Shown piece by piece: positions 38,258 through 52,290 of a stretch of 64,000 nt of DNA. How positions within the stretch are numbered: the stretch's first letter is position 1; each line of letters begins with the position of its first letter. Made by a program: the position numbers and the translations under genes. The notes under the pieces were generated by a model. That model made no database searches. It was not told the DNA's origin and saw nothing but the letters and a program-made list of their open reading frames with translations. Source of the stretch: Octopus sinensis (taxonomy: Eukaryota); NCBI RefSeq assembly GCF_006345805.1, contig NC_043006.1, forward strand, positions 90,644,001-90,708,000, given 5' to 3'.

Positions 38258-41200
38258 CTCTATATATATAAAACTGAGAATGTGTGTCTGTCTGTCTGTG
38301 TGTTTCCCTAAAACTTGAGAACTACACAACCAATTTCATTCAAATTTTACACATGCCTGACTTAAGGTCCGGGGAGTGTCATCGGTAAAAAAAATCTTAA
38401 CTTTTTCCCTAGGGCGACCCCACAGCAATATCATATCTTCTCCACTATTTCAGTATTACGTGTTAAAAGTAAAACAAAAACATCTCTCTTTTGTAATGCA
38501 GACACTTTCATTTTAATACTGAAACTAAATAAAGTGAAAGTATTATATAACAGGGATGAACCATTAATAGTGATCATCCTTTTTGCTAGAAGATCCGATA
38601 TGGTCTTATATGCTACAGTGGATTTTGTACATATATACAGTGGATTTTGTACATATATACAGGCATACTACATATATATATACTTGCATACGTACATATT
38701 CAGCATAAACACTCTACTACAACAACTAATAACTGTTGGGAACACTTTCAAACCAGCCTTACATTCGAATCGGAATCTCAACGCCTGAGTTTTCCATCTG
38801 AAGTTAATCTCTCTCATGGAGCTCATACAAAAAGGGCAAGTCTTTGGGCCCATACAATGTGACATGTACACAATCGAGTGGCAAAAAAGGGGCCTTCCAC
38901 ATGCTCATATCCTGCTTTGGCTCTCAGCGAAGATCAATTCCAATGACTTCGTTAAGATAATCTCTGCAGAGCTTCCTGATCCAGCTTTAGGCAAAGAACT
39001 ATAGGAAATAGTTAAAGCAAACATGGTACATGGTCCATGTGGGCGTGGATTCAACATAAACACACCTTGCTTGAAGGACAGCATATGTTCAAAAAGATTT
39101 CCAAGGAGGTTCCTACAAGAAACTCAGACAGGTGCTGATGAGTGTCCATCATACAGACGCAGAAAACCAGAAGACAGAGGTTTCACAGTAACTATCGGAC
39201 AGCACGCTATTGATAATAGAATGATTGTTCCATACTGCCCATTCCTGTCAAAGACTTTCAATGCCCACATCAACATTGAGTTTTGCAACTCTGTTAAATC
39301 CATCAAGTACGTTTGCAAATATGTAAACAAGGGTTCTGACGCTGCAATGTTTGGACTTCAACAAGAATACTGCCAGGATGAGGTGATGCATTATCAGGTG
39401 GGATGGTACATAAGTAGCAACGAGGCTTTCTGGCGCATCTTTGGCTTTCCAATTCACCAATGACACCCCGCCATTCAACAGCTTGCAGTGCACCTGGAAA
39501 ATGGTCAAAGAGTGTACTTCACCGATGCTAATGCTTCTCTGTTGGCAGAGGAACCAAGGGATAGCACACTTGCTGTATCCACATCCACAGATTCCATCGT
39601 ACTACACTTGGAATGGAAAAAAATGGGCCCCACGGAAAGCAGATCAAAATGTTCATGGATACCCTGGCATTAAGTTTCACACTTGCCTTGCACGAGTATA
39701 CACAGTGCATCCCACTTAACAAGAGTGCTTCTACCTTCATCTACTACTGCATGAGGTCAGAGGGCCAACATCTTTCCAGGCCCTAAAAACTGTTCATGGA
39801 CATGTCTGCACAACATACAGAGAAGCCTGCTATTGACAAGGTCTGTTAGAAGATGGTGCACAATGGGATGCAACTTTAGGAGAGGCTGCTTTATCACAAT
39901 CACCTAAAAGTCTCAGGGCACTATTTGCAGTATTACTACAGGCATGCGAACTGTGTGATCCGGCCACTCTATGGCTCAAATATAGAGACAACCTGGCTGA
40001 AGACTTTCAGCGCCAAGCTCAACTGCTCTATCCTGACATGGAGGGTATCAGCAATGAAATCTATAACAAAATACTCATTGACATTGAAGACAGAATTGCT
40101 AAACTGGGTGGAAATGAATTGTTGACGTATGGCCTGCCACAAGCATTCAGGTCAGGGTCAAATAGCCTTCCCACTGCTGTCATTCGTGAAACTACCTACG
40201 ACACTCAAGCGCTTTCAAAGTGCATTGTTGAAAATGAGCCTAAATTACTTCCGGACCAGCTGCAGGCCTACAGAACTATTCTTAACAGTGTACGCCAACG
40301 CGAGGGACAAATCTTCTTCCTCGATGCTCCTGGAGGGACAGGAAAAACATTTATTACAAAGCTTCTCCTTGCAGAAGTTAGGCAGCATCAGGACATTGCA
40401 GTAGCTGTAGCCTCCTCTGGCATTGCAGCTACTTTGTTACCTGGTGGCAGGACAGCACACTCGACTTTTAAACTCCCTCTCAATTTAGCAGCATCCGAAA
40501 TGCCTTCATGCAACATCAACAAAAGCTCAGATCAGGGACAAGTACTTAAAATGTATCTTCTAATTGTCTGGGATGAGTGCACTATGGCTCACAAGGGAGC
40601 TTTGGAAGCATTAGATAGAGCCCTGAAAGACATTTGAGACTGTCAGGCTCCAATGGGAGGTGTAACGCTTCTGTTGTCAGGTGATTTCAGGCAAACTCTT
40701 CCTGTCATTCCGAAAGGCACTAGAGCAGATGAAGTCCAAGCATGCCTAAAGTCCTCTACCCTGTGGCATCATGTTACAATCTTTAGTCTCACCACTAACA
40801 TGAGAGCTCAGCTACATGGCGATAAAATGTCCACAAAGTTTGCACAGGACATTTTGACACTTGGTGAAGGCAAGATGCCTCTCGATGCTGCAGGACAAAT
40901 AGAAGTGTGGTCATTTTCCTCTGTTGTTAATTCTGTAGATGACCTCAAAAACAAAGTCTTTCCCAACTTGACACAAAACTACCAAAATCACAATTGGCTG
41001 TGTGAAAGAGCAATATTAGCTCCAAAAAACGTCGCTGTTAACAAAATTAATCAACAGCTAATGCATTCTCTTCCCGGCACTATACACACTTGCAAGTCTG
41101 TTGATACAATTCCAGATATAAATGAAGTTGTGAACTATCCTCCTGAATTTCTCAATTCACTGGGGCCTCCTGGACTACCTCCACACATATTAGCACTTAA

Positions 41201-41759
41201 AGTTGGAACTCCTGTAATGCTACTCCGCAATCTGGAAGCACCAAGACTTTGCAATGGAACACGACTGGTGATAAAGAAAATGATGTCACACGTTATCGAG
41301 GCAATCATTCTTTCTGGATGTGGAAAAGGTGATGACGTCTTTATTCCAAGATTTCCTCTTACTCCATCAGGAGCAGAAATTCCATTTACATTCAGAAGAC
41401 TGCAATTCCTCCTTCGTGTCAGCTTTGCCATGTCCATTAAGAAATCTCAGGGTCAAACCCTCTCTGTAGCTGCTCTTCTCTTGGAAGAGCCCTGCTTCTT
41501 GCATGGGCAACCTTTTTGTATATGCTTCACAAGGAAAAACAAGGAACATTGTTTACAACGAGGTGTTACAATCTCAACAGCCAGGAGGTATATACATGAT
41601 CCCCTTTTTTTAACAAACTTCATGTACTTTCATGTATTTATATTAATATACATATATATATGTGTGTGTGTGTGTGTGTATATCCATATATATATATATA
41701 ACAGAAAAGTCTAATTCTTCAATTGAATGTAACTGGGCAACGCTGGGTATCTCTGCTAG
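38258..41759 (+). mobile_element. Helitron (Rep-PIF1 helicase), internally deleted and non-functional
   Basis: 5' TC(TA)n start after (TTA)n; 3' gggcaacgctggg..CTAG end before (TA)n; EWQKRGLPHAHIL, YVCKYVNK, DAPGGTGKT, GDFRQTLPV and KSQGQTL motifs; several stops and at least one frameshift. Confidence 0.92.
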
Positions 41760-41980
41760 TATATATATATATATATATATCATATGTGACCGTGTGTGTA
41801 TCATTGGCGATTTTCTTTCTCCGTCTTCCCTTTGGATTTTTTCTATATTTCTGATGAAGAGCTCCGCTTGGAACATGAAATCCTCTTTCTTTTCTTTCCT
41901 TTCCTGAGCGTCCAGTAGCGCTGTACTTATTCCACGTCCTTGCATTGTTGTTTTTTCTTGCTTGTTCATGTTTGGATTGA

Positions 41981-42020
<40 letters not shown>

Positions 42021-42475
42021 TCATCATCATTGTTTAACATCCGCTTTCCATGCTGGCATGGGTTTGATGATTTGACTGAGGACTGGCAAGCCAGGAGACT
42101 GCACCAGGCTCCAATCTGATCTCACAAGATTTCAACAGCTGGAGGCCCTTCCTATTGCCAATCTCTTCTAATATCTCCTATAAATTCGTCGTAGAAGTGA
42201 TGCCCTTTGTGTTACTTCGTCTCCAAGTATCTTCCAAATGTTTTATTTACATTCTTTAGATGTATAAAATCTGTAAAATATGTTATTCTTTGCTTGTAAA
42301 AAGAAATAAGAGCTAGCATCAGAAAGGACAAGCATGGAAAAATGGACTAGAACGAAACAAGAAATGAAACCATATATGTGTGTGTGTGTGTGTGTGATGA
42401 AACTGATCAACTAAATACAGTTTACAATAGGAATTTGAATTTATTTTTACCAAAGTACTGATTTCTTTGAAACAG

Positions 42476-42720
42476 AACTGTTTAATACAGTTTGCCTACA
42501 TTTAGCATCTCTGACTGCTACTCACTTCCACTTTCTTCTATCAGCATGACCAACAAGACACATATTGCATTTTATTTATGTAAGGTAGATCATTACAGAA
42601 TGTTGAAACAGTAATAGAATGCATTGCTAAGTGGTAAATTGAACTGCTAAGGAATTAAATAATAAAAGTTGAAGTCAATTATTAGAAAGAAAAGATGTGC
42701 AGTAATTTTTTTCATAATTT
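42476..42720 (+). CDS. AAA5 segment(s) (THFHFLLSA*PTRH / IELLRN*IIKVE)
   Basis: Matches FRLYLTTKLPNPH and EQLL..IVxKE; frame change near 42590. Confidence 0.45.
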
Positions 42721-43044
42721 TTAACAAAACTATTTCAGTAATAAGTAAAAAACACAAAGCAGAAAATTAATAAATTAGATCTGTAAAACATGTAGATAAA
42801 TTAAAATACAGGAGATTCTAACTTTAAATAACGGTCTCCTTAATAAATAATATACAAGAATAATTTTTTCTTAACCTTGTTATTCAGCATATTTGGGGCT
42901 CCTCTTCATCATCACCATCACTTTACATCTGCTTTTCCATGATTGAACAGGTTTTCTCAGGTAGTTCTCTTTTAGTTATGTCAAATGACTTGCAGGGTTA
43001 TGTTGTATCCATTCTGTCACATGAATACAATACTTAGATATATT

Positions 43045-43406
43045 CTTTTATTTGTTTCAGTCATTTGACTGTGGCCATGCTGGAGCACCGCCTTCAGTCG
43101 AGCAAATCGACCTCAGGACTTATTCTTTGTAAGCCTAGTACTTATTCTATCGGCCTCTTTAGCTGAATCGGTAAGTTACGGAGGATGTAAACACACCAAC
43201 ATCGGTTGTCAAGTGATGTTGGGGCGACAAAAACACACACACACATGCACGCTTCTTTCAGTTTCTATCTACCGAATCCACTCACAAGGCTTTGGTCAGG
43301 CCGAGGCTATAGTAGAAGACACTTGCCCAAGGTGCCATGCAGTGGAACTGAACCAGTAACCATTTGGTTGGTAAGTAAGCTACTTACCACATAATCACTC
43401 CTGCGC
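43045..43406 (-). mobile_element. SINE family A
   Basis: Same family; abuts the 5S/U6 copies. Confidence 0.85.
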
Positions 43407-43413
43407 TTATAAA

Positions 43414-43508
43414 AGCAGTCACCCATCTAAGTACTCACTAGGCTCAACGTTGCTTAACTTTGGTGATCAGATGAGAACCGGTGCTTCGAATATGATACGG
43501 CCATGAGC
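43414..43508 (-). rRNA. 5S rRNA pseudogene, 3'-truncated (about 95 nt)
   Basis: The reverse complement gctcatggccgtatc..gatcaccaaagttaagcaacg..agtacttagatgggtgactgc matches invertebrate 5S with substitutions. Confidence 0.85.
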
Positions 43509-43561
43509 AGAAGAATATGGAATGCTTCATGAATTTGCATTTCATCCTTGCGCAGAGGCCT

Positions 43562-43593
<32 letters not shown>

Positions 43594-43615
43594 AATATGT
43601 GCCACAAATAAGTAC
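43509..43615 (-). ncRNA. U6: U6 snRNA copy, full length (107 nt), diverged
   Basis: Contains aaaattggaacgatacagagaagattagc (ACAGAGA box, AGC triad); several substitutions. Confidence 0.92.
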
Positions 43616-46600
43616 AAAACCAAAAAAAGAAAAGAAAAAGGTATGTGGTAATAAATTAAAATGTTCCTGAATTTACTTGGAGATTGATTATGCCCTAGAC
43701 TAGACAGCTTTACTTATATAGATACTCCTTTTCACACCAGTTATATCCCTTGAGAGATCAACTTTGGCACTATGAAGTAATAATACATAGCTAAATTACC
43801 ACAAAAGTATTTTATTTTAATTTTTCTTTTAAAAAGAACAATATCACATTTAGTATTCATGTTTTGCTTGCAAAAATTAGTCTTTTAAATTATCACTTCT
43901 GTAATTTGATTTTTAACATTTTGAAAAATTGCTGTTTCCATGAATTGTTACTATAATGACTGCTCTATTTTGTTAATGTTTGCCAAGAAATGAATAGTAA
44001 TTTAAATATATAAAATACTTGAAAGAGAAGTTAAAAACCTAAAATGTGAGAATTGTCTATATGCTATCTGAACAGAAACCTCTGCTAACTGAATGAAATG
44101 CAATATTTCTTGTTCCTTTATAAATACTGCTAGCAATATTCTAAATGTCAAAGCTAACTACTGTTGCAATAGACAAGCATGTAAATAATAGTATTTCTGT
44201 GCTTCATTAAGATGGACGGCACCTCGTACTCTTTTCTCTTATCATTTAGTCAGAGTTGGTAGAGCTTTCTGTGTCAACCTTTTCAAAGCCTCTTAGAGTG
44301 GTATGAAGAACAATTTATTCACAAACTAGAGACCTGGTCTGCATACTTGCAGCAGGGAACAGGGTGGACTCTACTTAAGGTACACATTGGCCACCATATT
44401 GATTTTAGGGTGGAAAATTAAGTCCTACTGCCCAGGAACAAGAACAGCTCCTCTGACAAATTCCATAGTTTGTTTCCTAGATTTCACTAAGAAGGCTTTG
44501 GTTAACCTGAGTCTATGGTAAGAGGCAATTGCCCAAGGTCCTGTGTAGTGTTATTAAACCTCTTAACCATCCTTCATATACACATGCACATGTTTTTTTT
44601 TTGTTTTTAGACTGTGTAGCAAAGACAGCATCCCTTTTGTTTTTTAAAGATAGCAGATTGGAGTATAACATAAGGGAAATTTGACTGTGTCTGCACAGAA
44701 GCTCTGTCATTGACTCAGTCAGTTAATGAGGAAACTAGTAATTGTTTTTGCAGATTACTCTCATTGTTTCTGCTAACCTCTAATGTAAAATGAGCATGTT
44801 GTTTTTTATTATAATCAGCATAATTGTCTATATCCAGTGAAAGGGCATATGGTGGATCCAACCCATCAGGCTTTTAGTGACTGACACTGAAGAATACAGG
44901 TTGATTAGTTTAGCAGAGTTCATCCCTTTCTAAGTTACAATGTAAAAAGCAACAGTTGATATCAATATTTCAAGATAAACAAAATCACTTACCACAGCTA
45001 CATGTTTCTTGTTGTGCCTATTTACTACTAGATAGCCTCTGATTATTGACACCTATGTGTCTTGCTCAAGAACTGTACGAGGGGACAGGCTCAATATATT
45101 GAGCTCTGGGCTGATTGCATAATACCTTCTTAACTTAGCCATTTATAATCTTATCATGGTCTGAATATGAAATAAACTGTATCAATCAGAAAAACCTAAA
45201 CTGCCCCAAAAGTAAACATGGTACCTGTCACTTTCTCAGCACTTGCTCTTACCCATAAATCTGTCCTTCTCATAGCATTCTCTGTTACTATCTTATCACT
45301 CTATCACTGCTCTCTCTCTCTCTCACACTCTGTTACTGTCTCCTCTCTCTCTCTCTCTCTCTCTCTCACTCGTACTGTTATTCTGTCTCTCTCCTTCATA
45401 AATCTCTTGTTGAGCATACTTTTCATTATTCTATTCTCTTTTTATATCTCATTGTTATAAAACTGTTTCTAAATAAAGAAGTCAAGTTATTAAAATCTAT
45501 TCCAATCAATAAAGACAAAGAAATATTTTTTGATGGTTTTTTTTTTTTCTCAGAAATATCAAATACATTTCTCATTGGAGGGTATATGAGATTTTTCTTA
45601 TTGTTTCATTATTTAATTCGATTTCTTATAAATGGATATTGGATCTAAACCTTCCAATTAGTACTGATAAATATACTTTAAATTTTAACTATTCGCAGTT
45701 CCCTTTGGAGTTATATTTTAAACAAGCTAGTTCAGAACAATTTTCTTAGGTACACTGATGCTTAATATTATTACATTAAATGGCTGAGTTGTTAGAGCAT
45801 CAACTAGCTTGTCTTGGGTTATTCATTTTGGCTCTCTGCACTCTGAGGTCAACCTTGCCTTTCTTCTCGAGACTGACAGATAAAGTATCAGTCAGTCCTT
45901 GACATGAGTCAATTCTTTTACCTCTCTTTCTCTCTCTCTCTATTTCTTTCTCTTTATGGAAGAAATTGGCTGTGGTCAGATTTGGAATTTCAAAGCAGTG
46001 CCTCAGCTTTGTGAGAAGGGCCCAAGGCAAAATAATATTACATTGACAAAATCAATAAAGGGATTGACAAAATACCATGCAATATTTTGTTACATCCTCT
46101 TATGTTCTGAGTTCGATTCCCTACTTTTCATCCATAGTAGGTGGTGGGGAAGCAATACCAGTCAAATATCTGAATTTACTGTCTCCAGAAATTGTGTGGA
46201 CTTTTACCTAAATTAGAAATCAATGTTACACAACTGTTAAAAATTATAATAATTCATTGAAAAAAATAGGATGAAAATCTGGATAAGCTATTGGTTTGTG
46301 TTAATAATGTAACTGTTAATAAAATTCATGAAGTTTCTCTTCCAAAGTTGATCACTAGCCACAGTTTTAGTATTTATACACAAGCTTAATCAATTTTACA
46401 AACTTTTGAAGACACTCTTGTATCTTCTTTGTTAAAATGACATTGCTATATCAATAATGAGTTACTTAATATAAAGGAATATTTTTATAATCAGGACATA
46501 TGAGCAAATCAGATTTATGAATAATCAAATTAATTGCCATATATAAATCCTATTTTTATATGTCAGTTAATTATAATAAAACTTAAAAGAGAGGTATTCA

Positions 46601-46809
46601 AGTGCAAAAATGTAAATAAAATTAGGCAAAATTTTTTGCAAGCAGTATAACCAAAATGTATAAATTAGAGGCACAGGTATGGCCTTATGGTTAAGAAGTT
46701 TACTTCCCAGCCACATGGTTTCAGGTTCAGTTCCACTATGTGGTACTTTCCAGGATCACCAAAGCCTTATAAGTGGATTTAGTAGACAGTCCAATTAATT
46801 AGGAACAGA

Positions 46810-48435
46810 ATTAGATTAGATGAAATGCAGTTTGGCTTTGTCTTGGGGAGAAGCAACATGGATGCTATTTACAGAGTCAGGCAACTGCAAGAAAAGTATT
46901 TAGTGAAGAACAAGCTGGTGTACTTGGGTATTTGTGGATCTAGAGAATGCCTTTGACAGAACACCTCACCCTGTGATATAGTGGTCTCTGAAGAAGCTAG
47001 GGATAGATGAATGACTGGTGAAAGCAGTACTGGTCATGTACAAGGGTACTGTTTGTAAGGTCAGAGTTGTCCATGGGTTCAGTGATTACTTTAGTGAACA
47101 GGTAGGTGTTCACCAAGGTTTGGTCCTCATCTCCATCTCCTCTCATTGACCTCCATGCCATAACAGACGAATTTGAGACTGGAGGACCATGGGAACTACT
47201 GTATGCTATTGATTTTGCTTTCATAACAGAGGTAGAAAAGAAATTGCAGGTGTGGAAACAGAACCTGGAATCAAAAGGTCGTAAAGTTAACTTAGCAAAG
47301 ACCAAGGTCCTAGTAAGCAAGAAATTGGATATGGCCCTTCACCCTTCATGCATTGTATGAGGTGGTATCAAAAAGTACCAGGACTAGTTATGTTTAATAA
47401 GATATAACATCATCTTCTTTGAAATAGGTACATTGCACAGCAATACATCGGTCCCAGCATTCCTGCTGCTTTTGGAATCCGGCCTAGAAGTAGTTTTCTG
47501 AAAGTGAGCTGAGGACCACTGTGATTTGCTCTTGATCTTGACAATGGTGTTAAAATGGCTTTAAAAATAGTGTTAAAGATGTCCTCCTTCAAATGCTTCA
47601 AAACATCATTGATTGTCCTCTAACTATCCTCATGCACAAGCTGAAGAATTTTCTCCACATTTCCAGGGATGACACCTGTGGGTGGTCTTTCAGATCATTC
47701 ATTGTCTTCCAGGGACATTCTTTCACTTTTGAAGTGCCCAAAATATTGCATACAATTGCTTCATCGCTGTAAGCTTGCTGAAGCATCTCAATGTCTCTGT
47801 AGCAGACTTCCCAAGTTTAACACAAGATTTCACATTGGCTCTTTATTCCAACTTCCTGTCCATGACAAAAATTGCAGGCTACAGCATATATGTGATTACA
47901 AAAACACAAATTTCGCAACTTGCAAAGTAAGCACAGTGATATCACTTGGCACACTGCCTCGTGAAGGTCACTGTTAACTGTCACTGCGCATGCAACTATG
48001 TGCTGCCATCTGTTGTCCTACTAGTGCAGGAACTTTTTGATACCACCTCATACAATCTTCTCTTCGCTCAGGAAGAGAGAGCCCTTTGGTTGCCCAGGAT
48101 GACATGGAACAAAGTGTTGAGGGATAATCTCAAAACTATGAGTCTTCTGAGATATATGGCACATTGCTGTACTCATGAAACCATATCCACTGCAACAGAA
48201 TTTATATCCTAAAGCCAAGGTGCCACATAAAAGGCATTGGTGTGGGTGCTGATGCCATGTAAAAAGTACCTAGTACAGTCTGTAAAGTGATTTAGCATTA
48301 AGAACAGCATCCAGCTATTGAAACCAAAACAAAACAGACTATGAAGCAGATTCTAACTTTGCATTTCCTGTCAAGCTGTCCAATCCATGCCTTCATGGAA
48401 AACTAACATTGAATGTTGATGATGATGATGATGAT
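46810..48435 (+). mobile_element. Decayed RTE LINE interrupted by a mariner
   Basis: DEMQFGFV, VGVHQG, WELLYA and KVNLAKTKV motifs; the C-terminus resumes at about 48060; (GAT)n tail. Confidence 0.8.
47358..48050 (-). mobile_element. Internally deleted mariner
   Basis: TIR tgaggtggtatcaaaaagt with TA flanks; remnants of the transposase N- and C-termini. Confidence 0.8.
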
Positions 48436-49636
48436 GGGCATGATATATGTATCTATGCAAGCTGAGTGTGAGTGTCTCCCATTTATATCACATGATAGTT
48501 CTAAATGACTATCACTGTTATGCAAGTTATGCCATTCATTTTCAATAGTTTCCAAAAACATGTCTGGCCATGGGGAAATATTACCTTTCATTGGAAGTAA
48601 GCAATGCTGGCAACATGAAGGGCATCCAGACAAAGAAAATCAGCCTCAATAAACTCTATCCAACCCATGCTAGTATGGAAAGATAAACATTAAAATGATG
48701 ATAGTGACAATGGAAAACTAAACTAATGTACTAGTGATAGTGTGTTCATTTGGTTTGTAGAAGGCTACTGCATTGATGACTATACAATCCATAGTTACAA
48801 GAAAATGCAACTGGAATGGCAGGATGATAAATTCATGTGGATTCAAGCTTGCGCCATTTGACAGATGTGTCTACTTTACGCTCTGTCAATTCAGGTAGGG
48901 CTTTATTTCAGAGAACTGAGAATTTTTGGAAATTTAGTTTTTGTTTTTTTTTAGGGTTTCCAGATTCTAGTTTTAATTGGTTTTGATCTAAGGTTGAACT
49001 GATTAATCAGCAGATAATTGGTAATTGGCCTTAGCTGCAATTTTGCCAATTAATCAGTATCTGAGTTTTCAGTTGATTATCCAGTTTTGGTAATCAGCCA
49101 TTCTTGTTTGTGTGTGTGTGTTTGTTTTTTTTGTTTTTTTATATGCATGTTTGCTGGAATGAGAAAAGCATTGGTGATAAATAAAAATGTATAACATATG
49201 GGATTCAACATGTCAAAATACATAAGAAACATTATTTTCTAGGCCACACAGTCCAAACCCAACCGTGTAATTTAACCCTATTCACATTGCTTGATCTACA
49301 CAGTTGGGAATTACTTGAGACGGTCAGAAAAGTGATACCTTCATACTTCTGGAAAGGATATATGTTTAATTGATCCTTTTAAAAGGATTTAATTTTGAAA
49401 TTATAAAGATCTCAATTACATATTTGTTTAAAGCATATTCAAGATTTTTTTTTATTGATAATAATTCCTATTATCTTAATCTTCTTAAACAAAAATGAAC
49501 AGTATCATTACTAACCGGGCTGGGAATCAAACGTCTTTTTGTGGGTCCAGCTTAAGTGAATCTCCTTCTGTACTAACCAGTTTTGTTATAGATCACAATC
49601 CCATAACCCATTGAATTCAAGAGAATGAAGTAATCT

Positions 49637-50590
49637 GTGTTTAGAAAGCAAATATCTAATATGCTTATAGCTATGCTAATTGTTGCCTTCTATGCATGTT
49701 TGATTCTCTGGACTTATCTTTTGGCTTTTGGTTTTATTCCAATATTATTATTACTCAGACTACTTGTTTTTATACAAGATGAAAACTTATGTGTAGATAG
49801 AGATTGTGAAAATATTGTATACAGAAAGTTGTGCCATAGGCTTACACAGTTCAGTGCCAATAAAAATTGGAACCTACAGACAAATCAGGCCACTTTATAT
49901 GCTCAAATAGTACTCCATAATTGTGATTAATTATGAAATATTATAATATATTACCTATAATTAATTACAATACACATTTTCATCACAATACATAATTACA
50001 TTAAAAATAATTAGCAGCTGCTTAATCAATATCAGCTGATAAATCAAGGCCGCTTAAATGGTAATTGACCACTTTGCTTATCAGCGCACCCCTATTTTGA
50101 CCTCTTTTATTAACACCAAAAAGAAGACAGTTGTATGATTTTCATTTGGATAAGTAGATGCAATTTCTTATCTGCCTTAAACCTATTTTATATAATATAT
50201 ATGAACAAGTAATAATATTTCTTAAGTTTAATTTATTCTCAATCATTTTGCCAACTATGAAAAATGATGTGTTCCTTTTAAAATCCTTAGCTATATGATG
50301 GAGTTATACTAATTTAGATCTCTTTGAAATTTGTTTATTTTGATATGAAATTACGATTGTGCTATGAACTATGTTTCAAGTACTTGTAAATATGCCATGT
50401 AAGATCATATTTTGCTAAAAGCCATTTGAAAATGTAATATTCATTAACTGATATTCATGTAAATATATAAATAGAGAATTATTTATATGTATACATATGG
50501 AGCCGCAATTGCTGTGGAGTTGCAATGTTTCATTATTAATCTCCTAGACATGAGTGCTGTCCTTTTAACAGCCATTTTGTTGTGGCTCTG
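49637..50590 (+). CDS. AAA6 segments (FIPILLL, NKNWNLQ, QLLWSCNVSLL..F*QP)
   Basis: Resemble PLIFIL, GHWVLLQN and RLWLTS..VSIL..NEPP; several exons, boundaries unresolved. Confidence 0.5.
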
Positions 50591-51523
50591 ATATAGGCAT
50601 GTAAGTTTACTTGCCTCAGTTTGGCAGTCAAAACAGGTCATACTTGTTTGACTCTTTAGCATTTAAACCAGCTTTATCTGGCTCAAATTCTGCCAGTTTT
50701 ATGTTTGAACTGACCTGATCTAGCCTCTCACACCTACCTTACAATGTCATTGTAAAAATAAACAATTATATCATTAAAATCTTAATGCTACAGCAATGTG
50801 AATAAATAAGCATTTTATTTGACCAAGTAATATGAATGTTAGAGGGTTAAAATTTGTATCATTTGAGAATAGTCAACTGACTACAACAGTTGAAATATCA
50901 TTTTAAAGCTGTAAAAAGTTAAAAGACAAAAGTAGAAAATAACAAATTTGTAGAATAATGCAAGTTTTACTATAAGGGTGAAAAAGGACTTGAAAGTCAA
51001 ATATTTTTCTACCTAAGTAGCCAAATCTTTTGAGAGTCAACTATATATAATTCTTTCTGCAAAGATTGTTAATCATTCAATATAGAAATATTTTTCAATA
51101 ATTTTTGTTGTTGTTGTTGTTGTTGTTGCATTGGCTGAATTTGGTGCATTATCACCCTATTCAGTATCTTCACTATATTCTCTAATATGTCCTCTTTTTT
51201 AAAAAATGTTGGTGGTAAATTTGGCTCACTAAATACTGAAGATTGCTGATAAAATAAAAATACAGTTTTCACCAAAAAAGTAAATTAATAAATAAAAAGA
51301 ATCTGATTGTGGAATGCAACTATCAAAATAATAAATGTTATCTGCTTTCTATTTTTGAAGTTGAGCAAGATTTTTATTTAGTCTCAATAAGTATCATATT
51401 TATTTGCTTTTACTTAATTAAATTCGTTATATACATTTTGTTCTCTTATTTCTGCATTTTACCTATTGAATTTAGAATATATTTTTTATTTCTCGTGGAT
51501 GTGTATGTAAATATACATGCATG

Positions 51524-51562
<39 letters not shown>

Positions 51563-51859
51563 TTGCATGCACACATCCACGTGTATGTGTGTAGTTTTGT
51601 GTAAACATCCATGAGTATACATATTTAAACTCATTGTGCGTTTTATTTCGTTTTGTTTTTTTTCTCTGTTGCATTAATCATATTAGCAGCATCAGTCATA
51701 CTTTCAAAGCTGACGTTGTTTATGTCATGAAAAGTTGACAGTGCCTTCTTGGACCACCGTCTTTGAAAAAAAAGGCTGGAAAAAATGCAACCAACTTTTG
51801 TATATAACTCACTCACTCTCTCTCTCTCACACACACTATCTCTCTCTCTCTCTCACACA

Positions 51860-51902
<43 letters not shown>

Positions 51903-52059
51903 AAAGAAAAATATACCAACATACGATTTTGTCACTTAAGAAAAAATTCTTGTTTGATGGATGGATATAAAGAAAAGAATATTTTTTTCTTTTTATTTTT
52001 TGATGAGTTAAGTTTGTAAACTATTTTCTGATTTAGGTCAGCAATAGATTCCAAGTTTA

Positions 52060-52290
52060 GAGGCTTCTTTCATTTTGTTCAGTATATTTTTCTTTTTCTA
52101 TTGTATGGGCATTGATTTGATTTGGTCATCCAAGCTGATACTGGATCAATGTTCCTTTGATAATTATTTTGGAATCTTAAGAATTATTTATTATAGTTTA
52201 GTTCTGTGGTTATTGTTTTCATGTTATAGCATACTGCAGTTTGTGCAAACAGTAGATTGGAGAACTTGATGGAATACAATATATTTCATA
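52060..52290 (+). CDS. AAA6 lid segment (FFFFYC..VDWRT*)
   Basis: Resembles LCFFHA..VPWEAL. Confidence 0.45.
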
